DNA of 64,000 bases, taken from positions 32,001-96,000 of the forward strand of contig JANPEF010000153.1 of assembly GCA_031431875.1 (NCBI GenBank), given 5' to 3'. The notes beneath the pieces are model-generated. The model was not told the DNA's origin. It made no database searches and was given only the letters and a program-made list of their open reading frames with translations. The stretch comes from Candidatus Eiseniibacteriota bacterium. GTDB taxonomy: Bacteria > Eisenbacteria > RBG-16-71-46 > DASYSL01. The first letter of the stretch is position 1. Every line of letters starts with the position of its first letter. Positions 10,155-19,926 of this stretch are shown piece by piece. The position numbers and the translations under genes were made by a program.

Positions 10155-11243
10155 GTGTTCTACTACCTCCATGAGCTGAGCCAGATCGAGGGCCTCGGGT
10201 TCCTCAATGTCTTCCGCTACCTGACGTTCCGCGCGGCCTACGCGGCCATCACCGCACTCATCATCTCGTTCCTCGTCGGGCCGCACCTCATCCACTGGTT
10301 GAGCGAGGTGAAGCTCGGACAGCGCATCCGTGCCGAAGGCCCGCAGTCGCACCAGGGCAAGGCCGGCACGCCGACGATGGGCGGCCTGCTGATCCTGCTC
10401 GCGATCACGCTGCCCACGCTGCTGTGGGCCGACCTGACGAACCGCAATATCCTGCTCGCGCTCGGCGCCACGCTGGCACTCGGCGCGCTCGGCATGCTCG
10501 ACGACTGGCTGCACGTGGTCAAGGGCATCAAGGCGGGGCTGATGGGGCGCTGGAAGCTGCTCGGCCAGGCCGCGATCGGGGCGACCGTCGGGCTCGTCCT
10601 GCTGTTCATCCCGACCGAGCACGTGCCGGCGACGGTGACGACAGTGCCGTTCCTCAAGTTCAATTACGTCGACTTCGGCTGGCTGTTCGTGCCCTTCGTG
10701 ATGATCGTGATCACCGGCACGTCGAATGCCGTGAACCTGACCGACGGACTCGACGGGCTCGCCTCGGGGCTGGTCGCCATGGTCGCGGTCACGTTCGCGT
10801 TCCTGTGCTACGTCTCGGGTCACGTCAAGTTCAGCCAGTACCTGAACGTGCTCTACCTGCCCGGCAGCGGTGAGTTGACCGTGTTCTGTGCGGCGATCTT
10901 CGGCGCCGCGCTCGGCTTCCTGTGGTTCAACTGCCACCCGGCGGACGTCTTCATGGGCGACACCGGCTCGCTCGCCCTCGGCGGTGCGCTGGGCATCGTG
11001 GCCGTGCTCATCAAGAAGGAGTTCCTGCTCGTCGTGGTGGGCGGCGTCTTCGTCGCCGAGGCGCTATCGGTGATCATCCAGGTGGCCTCGTTCAAGCTCA
11101 CCGGCAAGCGCGTGTTCAAGATGTCGCCGCTCCATCACCACTTCGAGCTCTCGGGCTGGGCGGAGAGTCGGGTCGTCGTCCGTTTCTACATCGTCGCGGC
11201 GCTGCTGGCGCTGGTCACGCTGTCCACCCTCAAGCTCCAGTGA
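10155..11243 (+). CDS. mraY: Phospho-N-acetylmuramoyl-pentapeptide transferase MraY
   Basis: 'KAGTPTMGG', 'NAVNLTDGLDGLA', 'FMGDTGS', 'PLHHHFE'. Confidence 0.97.
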   Translation: MFYYLHELSQIEGLGFLNVFRYLTFRAAYAAITALIISFLVGPHLIHWLSEVKLGQRIRAEGPQSHQGKAGTPTMGGLLILLAITLPTLLWADLTNRNILLALGATLALGALGMLDDWLHVVKGIKAGLMGRWKLLGQAAIGATVGLVLLFIPTEHVPATVTTVPFLKFNYVDFGWLFVPFVMIVITGTSNAVNLTDGLDGLASGLVAMVAVTFAFLCYVSGHVKFSQYLNVLYLPGSGELTVFCAAIFGAALGFLWFNCHPADVFMGDTGSLALGGALGIVAVLIKKEFLLVVVGGVFVAEALSVIIQVASFKLTGKRVFKMSPLHHHFELSGWAESRVVVRFYIVAALLALVTLSTLKLQ

Positions 11244-12721
11244 ACGGGACCCTCGCCATGACCCCAGCCGTCCCCCCCGCGCTCCCGGTTCCGGCCAAGG
11301 ACGCGCCGCGCACGTGGTTCGCCTGGACCGGTCGCCGCGCGCTCGTCCTCGGCGCGGCGCGCTCCGGGCGCGCGGCGGCGCGACTGCTCGCCGAGCGCGG
11401 CGTGCCGGTGACTCTGGCCGACGGCCGCGCGCGCGAGGCACTGGGCGGCGCCGAGGGACTGACTGCGCTCGAGGAGTGCGGGGTGCGCATCGCCGCCGGC
11501 CGCGACGACGCGGCGCTGCTCGACGGCGCCGACATCGTCGTCACGAGCCCGGGCGTGCCGTCGACGGCCGCGCTGCTGGCCGCTGCCGACCGGCGCGGCG
11601 TGCCGGTCGTGGCCGAGCTCGAACTCGCCTTCCAGGCGTCGCGCGCGCCGTGGGTGGCGATCACGGGGACGAACGGGAAGAGCACGACGACCGCGCTCGC
11701 CGGGCGCCTCGTCGCCGCGACGGGGCGGCCGACGTTCGTCTGCGGCAACATCGGCGAGGCCGCGTGCGAGCGCGCCGCGGCGATCCCCGCCGAGGGCGCG
11801 ATCGTGGCCGAGGTCAGCTCGTTCCAGCTCGAGCGCGTCGTCGCGTTCAAGCCGGTCCTCGCTCTGGTGACCAACCTGACGCCGGATCACCTCGATCGCC
11901 ACGGCGATCTCGGGATCTACGCCGCGCTCAAGGCGCGCGTGTTCGCGCAGCAGGACGCGGGGGATCGCGCGGTGCTCAACGCCGACGATCCCGCCACCGC
12001 CGACTGGGCCGCTCGATTCGCGCTCGCCGCGCGCGTGGGTTACGTGCGCGCCACCGATCGTCCGGAGCTTGCGGGATTCGACGGCGCGCTGGTCGACGCC
12101 GCCGGCGCAGTCGTGCGTGTCCGGGAAGGGCACAGGGACGTGCTTCTCCCGGCGCGTGCACTCCGGATCCCGGGGCCGCACAACGTCATGAACGCGCTGT
12201 GCGCGGTCGCGGCGACGCTGCCGTGGAGCGTGCCGGTCGCCGCGCTGGGGGCGGAACTCACCGCATTCCCGGGCCTCGAGCATCGCCTCGAGGCGGCGGG
12301 CACGGTCGGCGCGATCCGCTTCTGGAACGACAGCAAGGCAACGAACGTCGACTCGCTGCGCACCGCGCTGCTCGCCTTCGCCGCGCCGCTGGTGGTGATC
12401 GCCGGTGGGCGCGACAAGGCCGGCCCATGGACGTCGCTCGCCGCACTGGCGGGCGAGAAGATCGGGCGGCTGGTCCTCATCGGCGAGGCGGCCCCGACGA
12501 TCGCCGCGGCGTGGCCCACGGTGCCGTCGGAGCGCGCGAGCGACCTCGCCGACGCCGTGCGCCGCGCACATGTCGCCGCCGTGGCGCTGGGCGGCGCACC
12601 GGTCGTCCTGTCCCCCGGGTGCGCGTCGTTCGACATGTTCAGCGACTACGAGGATCGCGGGCGCCGCTTCAAGGCGGCGGTCGCCGCGCTCGCCGCGACT
12701 TCGCAGGGGGAGGGCGCATGA
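11240..12721 (+). CDS. murD: UDP-MurNAc-L-Ala-D-Glu ligase MurD
   Basis: 'TGTNGKSTT', 'EVSSFQLE', 'NDSKATN', 'SPGCASFDMF'. Confidence 0.95.
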   Translation: MNGTLAMTPAVPPALPVPAKDAPRTWFAWTGRRALVLGAARSGRAAARLLAERGVPVTLADGRAREALGGAEGLTALEECGVRIAAGRDDAALLDGADIVVTSPGVPSTAALLAAADRRGVPVVAELELAFQASRAPWVAITGTNGKSTTTALAGRLVAATGRPTFVCGNIGEAACERAAAIPAEGAIVAEVSSFQLERVVAFKPVLALVTNLTPDHLDRHGDLGIYAALKARVFAQQDAGDRAVLNADDPATADWAARFALAARVGYVRATDRPELAGFDGALVDAAGAVVRVREGHRDVLLPARALRIPGPHNVMNALCAVAATLPWSVPVAALGAELTAFPGLEHRLEAAGTVGAIRFWNDSKATNVDSLRTALLAFAAPLVVIAGGRDKAGPWTSLAALAGEKIGRLVLIGEAAPTIAAAWPTVPSERASDLADAVRRAHVAAVALGGAPVVLSPGCASFDMFSDYEDRGRRFKAAVAALAATSQGEGA

Positions 12722-13929
12722 TCGAGGCCCCGCGCCGCCCCGACCCCGTCATCGCGCTGACGCCGCTGATCGTCGCCGTGGTGTCGCTGGTGATCGTCTA
12801 CTCGGCGAGCTCGATCCTGGGCCTCACCACCTACCAGGATCCGTACTACTTCCTGTTCCGTCGCTCGATTCACCTCGTGATCGGGCTCGCCGCGTTCTTC
12901 TGGCTCGCCCGCACCGACCTCGATCGCTTCATCGACAAGCACGCGGGACGCATGTTCCTCGGCGTGCTCGCGCTGCTGGCCATGCTCGCGTTCGCCCACG
13001 GCATCGCCTCGTCGCGCGGTGCACGGCGCTGGGTCGGCCTGTTCGGCGCCACGTTCCAGCCGACCGAGATCGCCCGCGTCGTCGTCGTCATCTTCCTCGC
13101 CCGCTACCTGGCGCGCCGCGGCGAGGCGATCCGGAGCCTGCGCGGCGGCTTCCTGCCCGCGCTCATGGTCGGCGGGGCCGCCGTCGTCCTGATCGCCGTC
13201 CAGCCCAACCTGTCCTCGGCCGGCGTGCTGTTCGGCGTCGTGCTGGCGATGCTGTTCTTCGCCGGCGCACGCGCGATCCACCTCGTTGCGCTGCTCGGGC
13301 TCGGCTTCGTCGGCTTCCTCGGCATGCTCGCCACACACGAATACCAGCGCGGCCGCGTCGCCAACTTCCTGTCGTTCCTGTTCACCGGCAAGCTCGACTC
13401 GCTGGGCGCGGGCTGGCAGCTCGACCAGTCGCTGATCGCTCTCGGCTCGGGCGGCCTGTTCGGCCGCGGCTACGGCAAGAGCCTGCAGAAGTTCCTCTAC
13501 CTGCCGGATCCGCACACCGACTTCATCGTCGCCATCATCGGCGAGGAGGGCGGCTTCATCGCGACCGCGATGCTGCTGGTCGTGCTCCTCGCCTACCTGG
13601 CGCGCGGCTATCGCACGGCGTTCCGCGCGGTGGACGATCGCTCGTACCTGGTCGCCGCCGGGCTCACCACCCAGTTCGCGCTCTACACGTTCGTCAATTT
13701 CGGTGTGGCGACGGGACTGTTCCCGACCACGGGGCTCCCGTTGCCGTTCGTCTCGTACGGCGGTTCCGCGCTGGTGATGAACCTCGCGGCCGCCGGCATC
13801 CTGGTCAACATTTCGGCCCGTCAGTCGGCCGCGCGCCCGGTCACCGCCGGCGCGCCGGTGCCGAAGCGCGGCCGGAAGACCACGTTCGGCGCCGTCGGCG
13901 CACGCGGATTCGCGGGAGGCAGACGATGA
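12718..13929 (+). CDS. ftsW: SEDS peptidoglycan polymerase FtsW
   Basis: 'GARRW', 'FQPTE', 'YLPDPHTDFI', 'GLPLPFVSYGGS'. Confidence 0.95.
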   Translation: MIEAPRRPDPVIALTPLIVAVVSLVIVYSASSILGLTTYQDPYYFLFRRSIHLVIGLAAFFWLARTDLDRFIDKHAGRMFLGVLALLAMLAFAHGIASSRGARRWVGLFGATFQPTEIARVVVVIFLARYLARRGEAIRSLRGGFLPALMVGGAAVVLIAVQPNLSSAGVLFGVVLAMLFFAGARAIHLVALLGLGFVGFLGMLATHEYQRGRVANFLSFLFTGKLDSLGAGWQLDQSLIALGSGGLFGRGYGKSLQKFLYLPDPHTDFIVAIIGEEGGFIATAMLLVVLLAYLARGYRTAFRAVDDRSYLVAAGLTTQFALYTFVNFGVATGLFPTTGLPLPFVSYGGSALVMNLAAAGILVNISARQSAARPVTAGAPVPKRGRKTTFGAVGARGFAGGRR

Positions 13930-15086
13930 AGGTGCTCATCGCAGGCGGCGGCACCGGGGGACACATCTACCCGGGCATCGCGGTCGCCGAGGAACTGAAG
14001 CGCCTCGACCCGACGATCGAGATCCGGTTCGTGGGTGGAGATCGCGGTCTCGAGGGCCGGGTCGTTCCCGAGGCGGGCTTCGAGCTGGTCACCATCGGCG
14101 CCCGCGGCCTGCCGCGCCGCGCGCCGTGGAAGGTGCCCGGCGCGCTGCTGGCCAACGCCGGGGCGTTCTTCTCGTCGATCGGCATCGTCAACTCGTGGCG
14201 CCCCGACGTCGTGCTCGGCACCGGCGGTTACGTCTCCGCGCCGGTCGTCGTCGCGGCGTGGCTGGCCCGCCGCCCGGTCGTGCTGCAGGAGCAGAACTCG
14301 ATTCCCGGCCTGACCAATCGCCTGCTCGCCCGCGTCGCCGACGAGGTGCACCTGGCGTTCAGCGAGTCGCGCGGCTGGTTCGCGCGCAAGGACCGGCTCA
14401 AGCTGTCGGGCAACCCGGTGCGCCGCGAGATTCTCTCGGGCGAGCGCAAGCCCGCGCTGGCGCGCTTCGGCTTGGCCGAGGGCCTGCCCACCGCGTTCGT
14501 GTTCGGCGGCTCGCGCGGCGCGCGGCGCATCAACGAGGCGACGCTCGAGGCCATCCAGAAGTTGCGCGGCCACCTGGGCGCGCAATTCATCCTGCAGACC
14601 GGCAAGGAGGACTTCGCCTGGGCCAAGGAAAAAGCCGAGGCGCAGGGCCTGCCGGTGACGGTCGTGCCGTACCTGACACACATCCACGAGGCGTACGCGG
14701 CGGCCGACCTGGTGGTCTGCCGCGCCGGCGCGATGACGCTGGCCGAGATCGCCGCCTGCGGCGTGCCATCGATCCTCGTGCCCTATCCGTTCGCGGCCTA
14801 CAACCACCAGGAAGTGAACGCCCAGAACCTGGCCGAGCGCGGCGGCGCCGTGATGATCAAGGACGGCGAGCTCACCGGCGAGCGGCTGGCGCACGAACTG
14901 TCGCGCCTGCTCAAGGACCGCGAGACCCTGATCCGCATGTCGGCCAACGCGCGCCGCTTCGCGCGCCCGGACGCCGCCCAGCGGATCGCCCGGAGCCTGA
15001 CCGAGTGGGCGGCCGATGCGGCCGGCAAGCGCGCGGCGCGCGACGGCCGGGGCGTCGACACCGCCGGCGACGAGACCGGGGACTGA
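13926..15086 (+). CDS. murG: Lipid II GlcNAc transferase MurG
   Basis: 'GGGTGGHIYP', 'GGYVS', 'EQNSIPG', 'GGSRGA', 'RAGAMTLAE'. Confidence 0.97.
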   Translation: MKVLIAGGGTGGHIYPGIAVAEELKRLDPTIEIRFVGGDRGLEGRVVPEAGFELVTIGARGLPRRAPWKVPGALLANAGAFFSSIGIVNSWRPDVVLGTGGYVSAPVVVAAWLARRPVVLQEQNSIPGLTNRLLARVADEVHLAFSESRGWFARKDRLKLSGNPVRREILSGERKPALARFGLAEGLPTAFVFGGSRGARRINEATLEAIQKLRGHLGAQFILQTGKEDFAWAKEKAEAQGLPVTVVPYLTHIHEAYAAADLVVCRAGAMTLAEIAACGVPSILVPYPFAAYNHQEVNAQNLAERGGAVMIKDGELTGERLAHELSRLLKDRETLIRMSANARRFARPDAAQRIARSLTEWAADAAGKRAARDGRGVDTAGDETGD

Positions 15087-15087
15087 C

Positions 15088-16464
15088 GTGTACGGACGCG
15101 CGCGCAAGATCCACTTCATCGGGATCGGCGGCTCGGGGATGAGCGGCCTCGCCGAGGTGTTGCTCACCATGGGCTACCAGGTCTCGGGATCGGATCTCAA
15201 GACGACCGAGGTGACCGATCGCCTCGTCGCCGCAGGCGGGCGCGTGTTCCCCGGGCATCACGAGCGAAACGTCGAGGGCGCGCAGATCGTCGTCTACTCG
15301 AGCGCCGTGCAGGCCGACAACCCCGAGCTGCGCGCCGCCATCGCCCGCGGGCTGCCCGTCATCCCGCGCGCCGACATGCTGGCCGAGCTGATGCGCATGA
15401 AGTACGGCATCGCCATCGGCGGGGCCCACGGCAAGACGACGACCACGTCGATGGTGGGCGCGATCCTGCTCGAGGGCGGGCTCGATCCGACGATCGTCGT
15501 CGGCGGGCGCGTCCATGCGCTCAAGACCAACGCGCGGCTGGGGCACGGCCAGTTCCTCGTCGCCGAGGCCGACGAATCCGACGGCTCGTTCGTCCGCCTG
15601 TCGCCGGCGATCGCCGTGATCACGAACCTCGACGAGGAGCACCTCGACCACTACGGCTCGATGGCGGGCCTCGAGTCCGCGTTCGTCGAGTTCGCGGAGC
15701 GCGTGCCGTTCTACGGCCTGGTCGTGCTGTGCGCGGACAACGCGCGCCTGATGCGCCTGGCGCCGCGGATCAGCCGCCGCACGCTCACCTACGGGATCGA
15801 GCATGGGACGATTCGCGCGAAGGACCTCGTGCTGTCGCCGCAAGGCGCGCGCTTCACGGTGACGTGGGGCGAGCGCACCGTGGGCGTGATCGAGCTTCCC
15901 GTGATGGGCCGCCACAACGTGCTCAACGCGCTGGCGGCGATCATCGTCGGCGTCGAGCTCGAAATCCCGTTCACCCACATCGCGCAGGCGCTGTCGCGCT
16001 TCGGCGGCGTCGGCCGGCGCTTCGAGAAGAAGGGCGAGGCGGGCGACGTGATGGTGGTCGACGACTACGCCCACCATCCGACCGAGATCATGGCGACGCT
16101 CGCCGCCGCCCGGCAGCTCGGCCGCGGCCGCGTCATCGCCGTCTTCCAGCCGCATCGGTTCAGCCGCACGCGGGCGCTGGCGCAGGAGTTCGGCGCCTGC
16201 TTCGGCGACGCGGATCACGTGCTGGTGACGGATGTCTATCCCGCGGGCGAGCCGCCGATTCCCGGCGTCACCGCGGAGCTCATCGTGGGGGCCGCCCGGA
16301 GCCACGGGCACAGGAACGTCGTCTACGCGGGGGACCTGGCCCGCGCGGAGGCTCTGCTCAGGGAGTTGGTGCGCCCCCATGATCTCGTCCTCACGCTCGG
16401 GGCCGGCGATGTCGCCCGGCTCGGCGATCGTGTCCTCAAGTCGGTGGCGGAGGTACGGCGATGA
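15088..16464 (+). CDS. murC: UDP-MurNAc-L-Ala ligase MurC
   Basis: 'HFIGIGGSGMSGLA', 'HGKTTTTSM', 'EADESDGSF', 'DDYAHHPTE'. Confidence 0.97.
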   Translation: MYGRARKIHFIGIGGSGMSGLAEVLLTMGYQVSGSDLKTTEVTDRLVAAGGRVFPGHHERNVEGAQIVVYSSAVQADNPELRAAIARGLPVIPRADMLAELMRMKYGIAIGGAHGKTTTTSMVGAILLEGGLDPTIVVGGRVHALKTNARLGHGQFLVAEADESDGSFVRLSPAIAVITNLDEEHLDHYGSMAGLESAFVEFAERVPFYGLVVLCADNARLMRLAPRISRRTLTYGIEHGTIRAKDLVLSPQGARFTVTWGERTVGVIELPVMGRHNVLNALAAIIVGVELEIPFTHIAQALSRFGGVGRRFEKKGEAGDVMVVDDYAHHPTEIMATLAAARQLGRGRVIAVFQPHRFSRTRALAQEFGACFGDADHVLVTDVYPAGEPPIPGVTAELIVGAARSHGHRNVVYAGDLARAEALLRELVRPHDLVLTLGAGDVARLGDRVLKSVAEVRR

Positions 16465-17321
16465 GCCGCTCGGCCTACACGGGGCGCGCGCTGTGGAGCG
16501 CGCCGAATCCGGCGCGCCGGCGCGGGCTCAAGCCCGGCTGGATCATGCTGCTCGGGCTCGCGGTGTGCGGCGGCCTGTGGCTGTCGCGCGACCGGCTGGC
16601 GAAGACGCCGCCGTACCGCGCGCTGTTCATCGTGCGCCAGGCCTCGGTCGACGGGGCGGTGTACCTGGGCGAGGACGAAGTGCGGCGCGCCGCCGGGCTC
16701 GACCGTCCGCTCGACTTCCTCCGCACCGACCTGGGCAAGGCGCAGACGAGGTTGGCGAAGTCGCCACGCGTCGCCTCGGCCCGCATCGAGCGCGCACTGC
16801 CGCGCCGGATCGTGATCGCGATCACCGAGCGCCGTCCGGCGGCGATCGTCCGCGGTGGGCGCATGTTCGAGACCGACATGCGCGGCGTGATCCTGCCGCC
16901 GCTGGTCTCGGGCGTGATGCCCGACGTGCCCATCGTCTCGGGCGTGAAGGTGGCCGACGCGCGGCCCGGGAGGACGATTGCCGACCCGCGCTACGCGCGC
17001 GCGCTGCGTCACCTCGCGGCGTTGGCGCGTCCCGAGGTGGGGCTGTCGAACCCGGTCTCGCAGATCGACGTCTCCGATGCGAGGCGCACCGTCGTCACGC
17101 TCGCGCCCGACGGCATCGATGTCTACCTTCCGGCCGAGCCGCCGACCGTGCGCACGCTGTCCGCGCTGCGCGTCGTGCTCGCCGACCTGGCGTCGCGGAG
17201 CCTGTCCGCCTCGTCGATCGACCTGATGGACGACGAAGTCGTCGCCGTCCGTCCCGTTCCCGTCGCGGCCGCCGCCGCCGACACGCTGCAGTCCGTCACC
17301 CGTGAACCCAGGAGGGGGTGA
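16461..17321 (+). CDS. ftsQ: Cell division protein FtsQ/DivIB
   Basis: TM + POTRA domain ('ARIERALPRRIVIAITERRP'); sits directly before ftsA. Confidence 0.85.
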   Translation: MSRSAYTGRALWSAPNPARRRGLKPGWIMLLGLAVCGGLWLSRDRLAKTPPYRALFIVRQASVDGAVYLGEDEVRRAAGLDRPLDFLRTDLGKAQTRLAKSPRVASARIERALPRRIVIAITERRPAAIVRGGRMFETDMRGVILPPLVSGVMPDVPIVSGVKVADARPGRTIADPRYARALRHLAALARPEVGLSNPVSQIDVSDARRTVVTLAPDGIDVYLPAEPPTVRTLSALRVVLADLASRSLSASSIDLMDDEVVAVRPVPVAAAAADTLQSVTREPRRG

Positions 17322-17325
17322 GTCG

Positions 17326-18558
17326 ATGTCGCAAACCCGCACCTATGTCGGTCTCGATATTGGAACCACGAAGATCTCGGCGATCATCGCCGAGATGGAT
17401 CCCGAGACACGTGACCTCAAGATCGTCGGCGTCGGCATCAGCCCGTCCGAGGGCTTGCGGCGCGGCGTCGTCGTCAACCTGGAGAAGACAGTCGCCTCGA
17501 TCGCGCGCGCGGTCGAGGAGGCCGAGCGCATGGCCGGCGTGCAGATCAAGGGTGTCTACGCGGGCATCGCCGGCGACCACATCCGCTCGATCAACTCGCG
17601 CGGCGTGATCGCCGTGTCGCGCCGCGACAACGAGATCTCGCAGGCCGACGTCGACCGCGTGGTCGACGCCGCCAAGGCGGTGGCCATCCCGATGGACCGC
17701 GAGATCATCCACGTCATCCCGCAGGAGTTCATCGTCGACGACCAGGACGGGATCAAGGACCCGATCGGCATGTCGGGCGTCCGGCTCGAGGCCGAGGTCC
17801 ACATCATCACGGGCGCGGTCACCTCGGCGAAGAACATCTGCAAGTCCATCCAGCGCGCCGGGCTCAAGGTGCACGACCTGGTGCTCGAGCCGCTGGCCAG
17901 CTCGCATGCCGTGCTCGGCCCCGACGAGCGCGACCTGGGGGTGGTGCTGCTCGACATCGGCGGCGGCACGACCGACGTCGCCGTGTTCTTCGAGGGCTCG
18001 ATCCGCCACACGGCGATCGTGCCGCTGGGCGGCGCGTCGGTGACGAACGACATCGCGATCGGCCTGAGGACGCCGATCGAGCAGGCCGAGCGCATCAAGA
18101 TCGAGCACGGCTGCGCGCTGGCGGCGATGGTGCAACCACACGAGCGCCTGACGGTGCCGGGCGTCGGCGGCCGCGCCGACAAGGACATCACGCGGCACCT
18201 GCTGGCCACCATGATCGAGCCGCGCTTCGAGGAGATCTTCATGCTGGCGGCCAAGGAGGTGAAGAAGAACCACTTCGCCGACCTGCTGGGCGCCGGCGTG
18301 GTGCTCACCGGCGGGAGTTCCCTGCTGCCGGGTGCGATCGAACTGGCCGAGCAGGTGTTCGAGATGCCCGTGCGGCGGGGGATCCCCTCGGGGCTCTCCG
18401 GCCTCATGGAAAACGTGCGCGATCCTCGTCACGCCACCGGCGTGGGGCTGATCCTGCACGCGGTACTGAACGAGGGCGGGGACTCGCCGCACCAGCCGAA
18501 GCCGGCCGGCCTGCCGGTCCCCGAGGGCCTGAAGCGTTTCTTCGCGGAGTTGTTCTAG
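17326..18558 (+). CDS. ftsA: Cell division protein FtsA
   Basis: 'GLDIGTTKI', '[14 protein letters not shown]', 'DIGGGTTD', 'VLTGG'. Confidence 0.97.
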   Translation: MSQTRTYVGLDIGTTKISAIIAEMDPETRDLKIVGVGISPSEGLRRGVVVNLEKTVASIARAVEEAERMAGVQIKGVYAGIAGDHIRSINSRGVIAVSRRDNEISQADVDRVVDAAKAVAIPMDREIIHVIPQEFIVDDQDGIKDPIGMSGVRLEAEVHIITGAVTSAKNICKSIQRAGLKVHDLVLEPLASSHAVLGPDERDLGVVLLDIGGGTTDVAVFFEGSIRHTAIVPLGGASVTNDIAIGLRTPIEQAERIKIEHGCALAAMVQPHERLTVPGVGGRADKDITRHLLATMIEPRFEEIFMLAAKEVKKNHFADLLGAGVVLTGGSSLLPGAIELAEQVFEMPVRRGIPSGLSGLMENVRDPRHATGVGLILHAVLNEGGDSPHQPKPAGLPVPEGLKRFFAELF

Positions 18559-18622
18559 GTCGGCTGGCGGCCGATTCACGGATGCACAAGGGCCCGGAGA
18601 GGCCCGGAAGGGAGACAAGGAC

Positions 18623-19894
18623 ATGTTCGAACTCGAGGTCGACATCCAGCCGTCCGCCATGATCAAGGTCGTCGGAGTGGGGGGCGCCGGCGGGAACGCC
18701 GTCAATCGCATGATCGCGTCGGGACTGCGCGGCGTGGAATTCCACATCGCGAACACGGACATCCAGGCGCTGACCGGCTCGATGGCCCAGCGCAAGTTGC
18801 AGATCGGACCCAATCTGACGAAGGGCCTGGGCTCGGGCGGTGACCCGATGGTCGGACGCCGCGCCGCCGAGGAGGACGAGCAGGCGATCGCCGACATGCT
18901 CGAGGGCGCCGACATGGTGTTCATCACCGCCGGCATGGGGGGCGGAACAGGCACGGGCGCTGCGCCGGTCGTCGCGCGCGTGGCGCGCCAGCTCGGCGCG
19001 CTCACCGTCGCCGTCGTGTCGCGTCCGTTCGAGTTCGAGGGCCGTCGCCGTGGGCGCCAGGCTGACGACGGCATGAACGAGCTGCGGCAGGAAGTCGACA
19101 CGCTGATCGTCATCCCGAACCAGCGCCTGCTGCACGTCGTGGGCAAGGACACGCCGCTGACCGAGGCGTTCGCGGTCGCCGACGAGGTGCTGCTCAAGGC
19201 GACGAAGGGCATCTCGGACCTGGTCACCGTGCCGGGCCTGGTGAACCTCGACTTCGCCGACGTGAAGTCGATCATGGCCGCGCAGGGCAACGCGCTGATG
19301 GGCACGGGCCGCGCGTCCGGCCCCGATCGCGCCGCCACCGCCGCGCACCAGGCCGTGTCGAGCCCGCTGCTCGAGGACGTGTCGGTCGCCGGCGCGCAGG
19401 GCGTGCTGCTCAACATCACGGGCGGGCGCGACCTCACGCTGCACGAGGTGAACGAGGCGTCCAACGTCGTCATGGAAGCGGCCGGTGTGGATGCCAACGT
19501 GATCTTCGGCGCGGTCATCGACCCGACGCTCGACGGCGAGATCGTGATCACCGTCATCGCCACCGGCTTCGGCACGGCGGCCTCGCGCGCGTCACAGGCG
19601 CACGGCACGTCCACCAGCCGCGATGCGCGGCCGACGCCGCGCGTGCCGTCGTTCATCAGCACGCCGCGCGAGCACCTGCCGCCGGTTCCCCCGATGTCGC
19701 GCGCGTTCGCCAGCGCCGACGAGGTGCCGAGCCCGGTCGGCGCGCCCGAGGAGGACGCGATCGAGCTGTCGAGCGAGGAATCGCGCCGCCCGGCCGGATG
19801 GCGCAATCCCGAGAGCACGCTGCGCCGCCCGTCGCGCATGGGCGGCAAGGACAACTACGACGTGCCCGCGTTCCTGCGCAAGCTGCGCGGCTAG
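18623..19894 (+). CDS. ftsZ: Cell division protein FtsZ
   Basis: '[17 protein letters not shown]', 'GMGGGTGTG', 'NLDFAD', C-terminal 'DVPAFLRK'. Confidence 0.99.
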   Translation: MFELEVDIQPSAMIKVVGVGGAGGNAVNRMIASGLRGVEFHIANTDIQALTGSMAQRKLQIGPNLTKGLGSGGDPMVGRRAAEEDEQAIADMLEGADMVFITAGMGGGTGTGAAPVVARVARQLGALTVAVVSRPFEFEGRRRGRQADDGMNELRQEVDTLIVIPNQRLLHVVGKDTPLTEAFAVADEVLLKATKGISDLVTVPGLVNLDFADVKSIMAAQGNALMGTGRASGPDRAATAAHQAVSSPLLEDVSVAGAQGVLLNITGGRDLTLHEVNEASNVVMEAAGVDANVIFGAVIDPTLDGEIVITVIATGFGTAASRASQAHGTSTSRDARPTPRVPSFISTPREHLPPVPPMSRAFASADEVPSPVGAPEEDAIELSSEESRRPAGWRNPESTLRRPSRMGGKDNYDVPAFLRKLRG

Positions 19895-19926
19895 GTTTGC
19901 CGGCGTCGATTCAAGGGGAGGACATC

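Noticed and set aside
17296..19854. Long antisense and alternate-frame ORFs (also 25288-28140, 52538-55462, 59044-61437 and others)
   Set aside because: Shadow ORFs of GC-rich coding regions: Arg/Ala/Pro-rich, with no recognisable motifs.
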